Assembly (NCBI RefSeq): GCF_000039765.1
Contig: NC_004459.3
Location: 2,511,127-2,543,126 of the forward strand
DNA from: Vibrio vulnificus CMCP6
Lineage (GTDB): Bacteria; Pseudomonadota; Gammaproteobacteria; Enterobacterales; Vibrionaceae
Length of the DNA stretch: 32,000 nucleotides
Direction of reading: 5' to 3'
The position numbers and the translations under genes were made by a program. Within the stretch, counting starts at the first letter, position 1. Each line of letters begins with the position of its first letter. Below the pieces are notes generated by a model that was given only the letters and a program-made list of their open reading frames with translations, did not search any database and had not been told where the DNA came from. Below, in pieces: positions 26,664 through 32,000 of the stretch.

Positions 26664-27131
26664 ATGGAAAGGACTCTGATTTTATTTTGTCTGCTATTTT
26701 CATCTCTTTCTTTGGCATCCAGTTCGAACAATGCTTTTGAGTTCAAAGAGTACTTGGCTACAGAAATTGAAGCTGATGAGCTTAGAAAAGTTGGCTTACA
26801 TTTGGTGACTCTTTGGGAGCAACAGCACGATATTTATATCACGCAAAAAAAGTTTGTTAACTCTGAACTCGAAGAGGCAATAGATTTGATGGTTAACATA
26901 GTCAACGCAGAAAGATGCCTTACAGAAGTTCAAAAACACTATCCGTCAGAGCCGCTTTTGAAATCGAAGTATTTTAGTAGTATTGATTTAGCGTTCGAGT
27001 ATCGAAAGGCAGATGGATACTTATGGAACTTGGTTAGAGAGCATCAAGATGTGGTACTTTCGCGTATTGAGAAAGAGCGCTGTAAAGATATTTTGAGTGT
27101 TAGCGAAATCGAAAATATAACAAAGCGTTAA
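26664..27131 (+). CDS. exported hypothetical protein; stop codon inside attC
   Basis: Signal peptide MERTLILFCLLFSSLSLASS; ends ...ENITKR* within attC 45. Confidence 0.7.
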   Translation: MERTLILFCLLFSSLSLASSSNNAFEFKEYLATEIEADELRKVGLHLVTLWEQQHDIYITQKKFVNSELEEAIDLMVNIVNAERCLTEVQKHYPSEPLLKSKYFSSIDLAFEYRKADGYLWNLVREHQDVVLSRIEKERCKDILSVSEIENITKR

Positions 27132-27241
27132 AGAGGGATTCATGCCGCGTGGCATTTTTGGTTTGCAGTGAGTTTTGGTGGTGAGAGTGGTCTGCAGAAG
27201 GTTGGTTTAGGCGGCATTCACCCCTTAACGCAGCGTTATAC
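27115..27241 (+). repeat. attC site 45 (VCR-like)
   Basis: ATATAAC AAAGCGTTA...TTAACGCAGC GTTATAC. Confidence 0.94.
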
Positions 27242-27252
27242 GTAATGAGAGT

Positions 27253-27558
27253 ATGAAGACATATTTATTGGTAGCAACACTGCTTCAACTGACTCTACTG
27301 AGTTTTTCGAAATATTATGGTTCTATTGCGAAAGATGTACTTAAAAGCGCAGTGGAAGCACAAGGCTCTAATCTTCTATCTTCACTTGATAAGTTTCAGT
27401 ATTACAGTGACCTAGATGATTATTTAGGCTATGTTTCTGCCACAATTTGGGTGATGGTTGTAGTAGCCACAAAGTTGAAAAATGTATCAAGCACCAATAT
27501 GGCAAATTTGGTTATTTGTTTACCATTGTTATTTTATATGGTTTTGATGGCTATTTAG
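27253..27558 (+). CDS. hypothetical small membrane protein
   Basis: 101 aa with N- and C-terminal hydrophobic segments. Confidence 0.6.
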   Translation: MKTYLLVATLLQLTLLSFSKYYGSIAKDVLKSAVEAQGSNLLSSLDKFQYYSDLDDYLGYVSATIWVMVVVATKLKNVSSTNMANLVICLPLLFYMVLMAI

Positions 27559-27606
27559 CACAAAATTTGAGTGGTTAAATAACGAGAAGTAATGATTGGA
27601 AATTAC

Positions 27607-27733
27607 GTATAACAAACAATTTAAGAGTGATTCAGCACGCGTGGCATTTTTGGTATGCGGTGGTTTTGGGTGTTGAAAGTGGTCTGCAGCGGCTTGGTCA
27701 TTGCGTGCTTCACACCTTAATTGGGCGTTATAT
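27607..27733 (+). repeat. attC site 46
   Basis: GTATAAC AAACAATTT...CTTAATTGGGC GTTATAT. Confidence 0.93.
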
Positions 27734-28017
27734 CACGACGGTCATCACAGGTAGAGTGTATGGATATCATGACCAAGTATGATTTTTAGACGATGGTTCA
27801 GTGTGAAAGACGTCAAAAGGGACGAATATTAGTTATTTCTATGCTAACCTTGAGGCGCTTTCGCGCTTCTTAATATGGCGCAGCAATTAAAGTAATCGCG
27901 GCAGCGCACTCAAGGTAGTGCGATAACAAATACTTCGGCTTCGATTTTTTGTCTTCTAACGCCTATCTCATTGTATTAAATCACTATTTTAGTCAAATTT
28001 AGCTGACGTTGGTCGTG

Positions 28018-28146
28018 ACATAACAAAGCATTCAAGACAGATTCGCGCCTACGTGCATTCGTAGTTTACTTTGGGTATATCTGAAAAACGTAGTTTGCTG
28101 AGAGTACGTCACTGACGGCTCTCACTGCTTAATGCGCGCGTTATAT
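28018..28146 (+). repeat. attC site 47, divergent interior
   Basis: ACATAAC AAAGCATTC...GCTTAATGCGCGC GTTATAT; interior unlike the VCR consensus. Confidence 0.82.
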
Positions 28147-28180
28147 GCTTTCAAAATCTGTGAGCAAAAGGGAGTTTAAA

Positions 28181-28549
28181 ATGATTCTAAATCATGTCTC
28201 AGTTGGTGTTTCAAATGTGCCATCTGCGGTGGTTTTTTACGATTCAGTTCTATCTGCTTTGTCCATAAAACGGGCTCATTACATCGAGAATGTCGCGGCT
28301 GCCTACGGCGAAAACTTTGAGTTTTGGGTAGGTTACCCATGTGAAAATGCAGCCTCTTCAGGTAATGGAACTCACATTGCTTTCAATGCGCCAAACAAAG
28401 AAGCTGTTGACAAGTTTTATGCTACTGCATTAGAGCTCGGTGGCGAGTGTGCCGGTAAGCCTGGCTTGCGTCCAGAGTACGGTGAGACTTACTATGCAGC
28501 GTTTGTCCGCGATGTTGACGGTAACAAAATTGAAGCAGTCTTTATGTAG
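28181..28549 (+). CDS. VOC (glyoxalase-like) family protein
   Basis: MILNHVSVGVSNVPSAVVFYDSVLSAL...YYAAFVRDVDGNKIEAVF; GGAG before ATG. Confidence 0.92.
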   Translation: MILNHVSVGVSNVPSAVVFYDSVLSALSIKRAHYIENVAAAYGENFEFWVGYPCENAASSGNGTHIAFNAPNKEAVDKFYATALELGGECAGKPGLRPEYGETYYAAFVRDVDGNKIEAVFM

Positions 28550-28561
28550 CCGAAGCTACGC

Positions 28562-28688
28562 ATATAACAAGGCGTTCAAGAGGGATTCATGCCGCGTGGC
28601 ATTTTTGGTATGCGGTGAGTTTTGGTGGTGAAAGTGGGCTGCGGAAAGTTGGTTTATGCGGCACTCACCCCTTAACGCGGCGTTATGC
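28562..28688 (+). repeat. attC site 48 (VCR-like)
   Basis: ATATAAC...TTAACGCGGC GTTATGC. Confidence 0.95.
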
Positions 28689-29160
28689 TTAATTACGTAA
28701 AATCAGTGGTTTATGGTTTTTCTTTGTTCCCTCAGCTTTTTAGTTTTGTGCTCGTCGGCAAGTTGGCTTTTTTGAGCGCTGTTTTTCGGACACTTATTCT
28801 TCGGCGCTAAAAACTCTGAGAATTGCCTCAATCAATTCTCGGGCAAGCGCGAGGTTAGGGCGGTTGGCTCAATCAGAAATCCATTTCTAGGTTTTCAAAC
28901 TTCAAACCAGATTTGCCAAAATTCCGAGCCTGATTATCAAAACTATGATTCATTTCGGTTTTCTGTGTTTTGGCTTTTGTGTGTAAATCAAAGTCGAGTT
29001 AATCTTGGTTCTATTAAAACGTAACCCATTGAAGTTTAAGCATAACAAGGCGTTCAAGAGGGATTCATGCCGCGTGGCATTTTTGGTATGCGGTGAGTTT
29101 TGGTGGTGAAGGTGGTCTGCGGAAAGTTGGTTTAGGCGGCACTCACCCCTTAACGCAGCG
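28683..29160 (+). repeat. ORF-poor repeated cassette, subfamily A copy 7
   Basis: TTATGCTTAATTACGTAAAATCAGTGG...TTTAAGCATAAC. Confidence 0.9.
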
Positions 29161-29166
29161 TTAGTA
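29040..29166 (+). repeat. attC site 49 (VCR-like)
   Basis: GCATAAC...TTAACGCAGC GTTAGTA. Confidence 0.95.
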
Positions 29167-29590
29167 CGGGGGTGGCATCAAAGGTTAAAAGTTTCAGTGT
29201 TTATTGGTTTCGTTTCCTAGCTTTACACCTGCACGGGCATGCCTTTCACGTTCTTTCCGGTGGCACTATATGCGGAGTTTCCGCTTTGACTTCAGCGTTT
29301 ACGGTTTCTAATTTTTTGGCTATTTCGTGGGCGCGGCTTCTTTTGTGTTGTTGGCTTTTTAGCCTTCAATTCTGTACGTTGGTGTGGTTGTAAAAGTTTG
29401 GTGACCGAATCCTTTGCTAATTTGAAACTGGTCAAAATGGGGTAGTTTGGCGCGTTTTTCTTCTAGCCAATTTGCGGTTTGAAGTTGAGTTCTAGTTTGG
29501 CCGTTGTCCCTATAGTTTCAGCGTTTTAAGCCAACAGTTTCGTGCTATATTTCAATATGTTGGTGCATACCAGAAGGTTCAGGAACAGCG

Positions 29591-29716
29591 TACTAACAAA
29601 CAATTTAAGAGTGATTCGGCACGCGTGGCATTTTTGGTTTGCGTTGGTTTTAGTGGTTAAGGTGGTATGCGGCAGCATCGGTATTGCGTGCCTCACACCT
29701 TAATTGGGCGTTATAT
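29591..29716 (+). repeat. attC site 50
   Basis: TACTAAC AAACAATTT...CTTAATTGGGC GTTATAT. Confidence 0.92.
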
Positions 29717-29731
29717 TTATTTGAGGCTTCC

Positions 29732-30283
29732 ATGAGAATTGAACATTTTTATAAAGTGGATAATGCTAGAATCATAGCCGACCTTTCTGATGATAATAAG
29801 CACAGGGTATCTCTAACAATCCCTCTTTTAGATAGATCTACAAATAAAACCCTATGTATTATTGGACAAAACCCGAGTAAAGCTAATCAGCTTTGTGCAG
29901 ATAAAACCCTGCATTTTCTAGAGCGATTTGTTTATGAACGAATGCCACAGTACTCGAAGATTGTAATGCTCAACTTATATACAAGGTTTGATACTGCAAA
30001 AGAATTTAAGGTCGATCTACTACGCTTGGATTCTGAGCGAAAGGTTCGGCGAATTTTAAAGGAAAATACAGACTTTCTGCTTGTCTTTGGTAAGCTAAAA
30101 AATCAAGGTGGGTACAAATTCCCTAAAAAATTTTCTCACTTTAAACATCACTTAATGGGTAAAAATAACTACATCATAGGTGTTGACGGTATAAACGATT
30201 ACGCACCACATCCAGGAAATAAAGATATTTACTACGGTAACTATACTTACTCACCAAGACGAGTAAATGTAGAGGAACTTTAA
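29732..30283 (+). CDS. DUF1643 domain-containing protein
   Basis: RTLCIIGQNPSKAN-like block (KTLCIIGQNPSKANQLCADKTLHFLERFV) and IVMLNLYTRFDT. Confidence 0.88.
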   Translation: MRIEHFYKVDNARIIADLSDDNKHRVSLTIPLLDRSTNKTLCIIGQNPSKANQLCADKTLHFLERFVYERMPQYSKIVMLNLYTRFDTAKEFKVDLLRLDSERKVRRILKENTDFLLVFGKLKNQGGYKFPKKFSHFKHHLMGKNNYIIGVDGINDYAPHPGNKDIYYGNYTYSPRRVNVEEL

Positions 30284-30409
30284 ATATAACAAACAATTTA
30301 AGAGTGATTCAGCACGCTTGGCATTCTTGATTTGGGTTGAGTTGAGAGTTTACGGTGGTCAAATTGAGAGTCGTGGTCGCGTGCTTCACACCTTAATTGG
30401 GCGTTATGT
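30284..30409 (+). repeat. attC site 51
   Basis: ATATAAC AAACAATTT...CTTAATTGGGC GTTATGT. Confidence 0.93.
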
Positions 30410-30429
30410 AACAAGGAGAGTTTGGCTAA

Positions 30430-30936
30430 ATGGAAGTAATATCTGAAAGGCTACGGATGAAGCCATTATCGGGAAATGACTTGTCTTTATTTCTACAACT
30501 CCATACAAACCCAAGTGTCATTTCGCTCTGTTTCGATGAACTGCCAAAGTTAGAAATTGAGAGTAAATTTAAATCTCGATTAGCACCTTGGTTTGTAGAT
30601 TCGGAGCATTGGTTATGTTTAGTTGTTGTCGAGTCCACAACGAATAAAGCAGTAGGTATAACAGGTTTTTGTGTTAACGATTCTGTTGCTGAAGTTGGGT
30701 TTATGTTTTTACCCGAATATCATGGGCTCGGGTATGGTACAGAGTCACTGCAAGCCCTCATAAATTATTCAATGTCAGAGTTCGGCATCGATAAATACAG
30801 TGCAGTTGTCACCGAGGGCAACATTGGTTCCGAAAAGGTACTTACAAAAGTGGGTTTTGTGCTCGATAGGATAGTGCCTCAAGCTTATGAAATTGGTGGT
30901 CATTTGTACGCAGACCATGTCTACAAATATGTGTAA
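30430..30936 (+). CDS. GNAT family N-acetyltransferase, RimJ/RimL-like
   Basis: SERLRMKPLSGNDLSLF...EVGFMFLPEYHGLGYGTESLQALINYSMSEFG...NIGSEKVLTKVGF. Confidence 0.9.
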   Translation: MEVISERLRMKPLSGNDLSLFLQLHTNPSVISLCFDELPKLEIESKFKSRLAPWFVDSEHWLCLVVVESTTNKAVGITGFCVNDSVAEVGFMFLPEYHGLGYGTESLQALINYSMSEFGIDKYSAVVTEGNIGSEKVLTKVGFVLDRIVPQAYEIGGHLYADHVYKYV

Positions 30937-30943
30937 AATTGTT

Positions 30944-31070
30944 ACATAACAAGGCGTTCAAGAGGGATTCATGCCGCGTGGCATTTTTGGTTTGCAGTGA
31001 GTTTTAGTGGTGAAAGTGGTCTGCGGAAGGTTGGCTTAGGCGGCATTCACCCCTTAACGCAGCGTTATAC
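30944..31070 (+). repeat. attC site 52 (VCR-like), last attC seen
   Basis: ACATAAC...TTAACGCAGC GTTATAC. Confidence 0.95.
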
Positions 31071-31115
31071 CACTACTGTTCAAAAAGCTTGCGTTTATAT
31101 AAAATTTTATATATC

Positions 31116-31142
31116 CTTTACCTCAAAGTAAGAGAGGTAAAG
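31116..31142. promoter_or_regulatory. inverted repeat overlapping the Shine-Dalgarno of the antitoxin gene, putative operator
   Basis: CTTTACCTC-aaagtaaga-GAGGTAAAG, perfect 9-bp arms, just upstream of ATG 31146. Confidence 0.55.
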
Positions 31143-31145
31143 AAC

Positions 31146-31442
31146 ATGACAAGCATTTCATTCGACACAATGATCGCCGAGAATTTCTCGCCTTTTGAAA
31201 TTGTAGAAATGGACGTAAAAGGCAAACTTTTTACAATCATCAACTCTAAAATCCACCAGAAAGGCTGGAGCCAAAAAGAAGCCGCTGTGGCTCTTGAAAT
31301 CACTCAGCCAAGGATTAGTAATCTTAAAAACCTTCATCACGATAAATTTTCAATCGAGGCTTTAATGAAGCTTGCAGATAAATTGGGTTGTGAAATTGAG
31401 GTTAGTACAAAGTCTGGGTTGACTATCGCAATTTCAGAATAA
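31146..31442 (+). CDS. XRE-family antitoxin, HigA-like (HTH_37 type)
   Basis: IHQKGWSQKEAAVALEITQPRISNLKNLHHDKFSIEALMKLADKLGCEIEV; true start probably ATG 31146, not TTG 31089. Confidence 0.87.
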   Translation: MTSISFDTMIAENFSPFEIVEMDVKGKLFTIINSKIHQKGWSQKEAAVALEITQPRISNLKNLHHDKFSIEALMKLADKLGCEIEVSTKSGLTIAISE

Positions 31443-31448
31443 GCAAAA

Positions 31449-31470
31449 AAGAGGGAGCGTGCTCCCTCTT
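31449..31470 (-). terminator. intrinsic terminator-like hairpin between the convergent toxin and antitoxin genes
   Basis: AAGAGGGAGC-gt-GCTCCCTCTT with a T-run following on the minus strand. Confidence 0.7.
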
Positions 31471-31474
31471 AAAA

Positions 31475-31816
31475 TTAATGGATCCCTTGAGCTGATTTGA
31501 AATCTTTAAACCGTTGTTCAACGGTAGCTTTGATTTTGGGATCTTGACCATTTCTGGATTTAGTGGCAAAAGCCAAAACTTCGATGTGACCATCGACCAA
31601 TGTTGTGTAGAACATACGACCCGCAGGACGACCTTTAACTTTGACCTCTACAACCGAAGTATGAACTGATTTGAACTTTTCGGTATCGAGGCTCGAATAC
31701 TCACCTTTTTTAAGAGTTTCTTCAACATAAGTTCTGAAGGCTTTCTGGGCATCTTTTGGAAGCTTTGCGAACTCACGAGTCGCAGGTTTTGAAACACAAA
31801 CATTAATTTTTGACAT
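31475..31816 (-). CDS. RelE/HigB-like type II toxin
   Basis: KPATREFAKLPKDAQKAFRTYVEETLKKG...VHTSVVEVKVKGRPAGRMFYTTLVDGHIEVLAFATKSRN; AAAGGAG before ATG on minus strand. Confidence 0.8.
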   Translation of the reverse strand: MSKINVCVSKPATREFAKLPKDAQKAFRTYVEETLKKGEYSSLDTEKFKSVHTSVVEVKVKGRPAGRMFYTTLVDGHIEVLAFATKSRNGQDPKIKATVEQRFKDFKSAQGIH

Positions 31817-32000
31817 AAATTCTCCTTTATAGAATTAGTTTTTTGCCATAGGCACTCCTATGACGTGATTTGAAAGTTACAAAAAATTGCATAAGCTATT
31901 TCCTGTTTGTTAATGTGCAAAGTGCACGTTTAGGCATTAAGCCATCTGTTGCCTATTTAGGCGCGGTGAATATAAACTATTTAAGTAAAGAATTCATCTA

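Noticed and set aside
29172-29393. 73-aa + ORF
   Set aside because: GTG start without Shine-Dalgarno; composition follows T-rich DNA; kept only as an unexplained cassette.
452-31070. Regularly spaced repeats considered as a CRISPR array
   Set aside because: Repeat units are about 125 bp with integron R/L boxes and spacers are gene-sized cassettes; this is an attC array.
1-32000. Integrase gene or attI site within the window
   Set aside because: No tyrosine recombinase ORF is visible; orientation of attC sites places attI to the left outside the window.

Overview
This 32 kb window lies entirely inside a Vibrio-type sedentary chromosomal integron (superintegron). I can place 52 attC (VCR-like) sites of about 124-129 bp. 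All share one orientation, with R'' (RYYYAAC) on the left and R' (GTTRRRY) on the right. This implies attI and the integrase lie beyond the left edge. Almost every cassette carries one short + strand ORF. Recognisable products include seven GNAT acetyltransferases, a SAM methyltransferase, an ASCH protein, two VOC proteins, an FlaR-like P-loop kinase, RidA, DUF1643, a Sel1-repeat protein, a metzincin-like protease, an NlpC/P60-like protein and a TIR-like nucleotide-binding protein. Three proteins carry HEPN-type Rx4H motifs. One cassette is interrupted by an IS30-family element at about 10194-11254. The right edge carries a convergent HigB/HigA-like toxin-antitoxin pair with a hairpin between the genes and no attC seen after it. 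Most notable observations: (1) a family of 13 ORF-poor cassettes of about 470 bp in two subfamilies plus mosaics; (2) complementarity between each cassette's own 5' end and the bases just before its own R'', extending 8-13 nt and covarying between cassettes; (3) a fused N-terminal domain plus TIR-like C-terminal protein, a candidate anti-phage cassette; (4) the convergent toxin-antitoxin pair. Product names are from motif recognition by eye. No database search was run.
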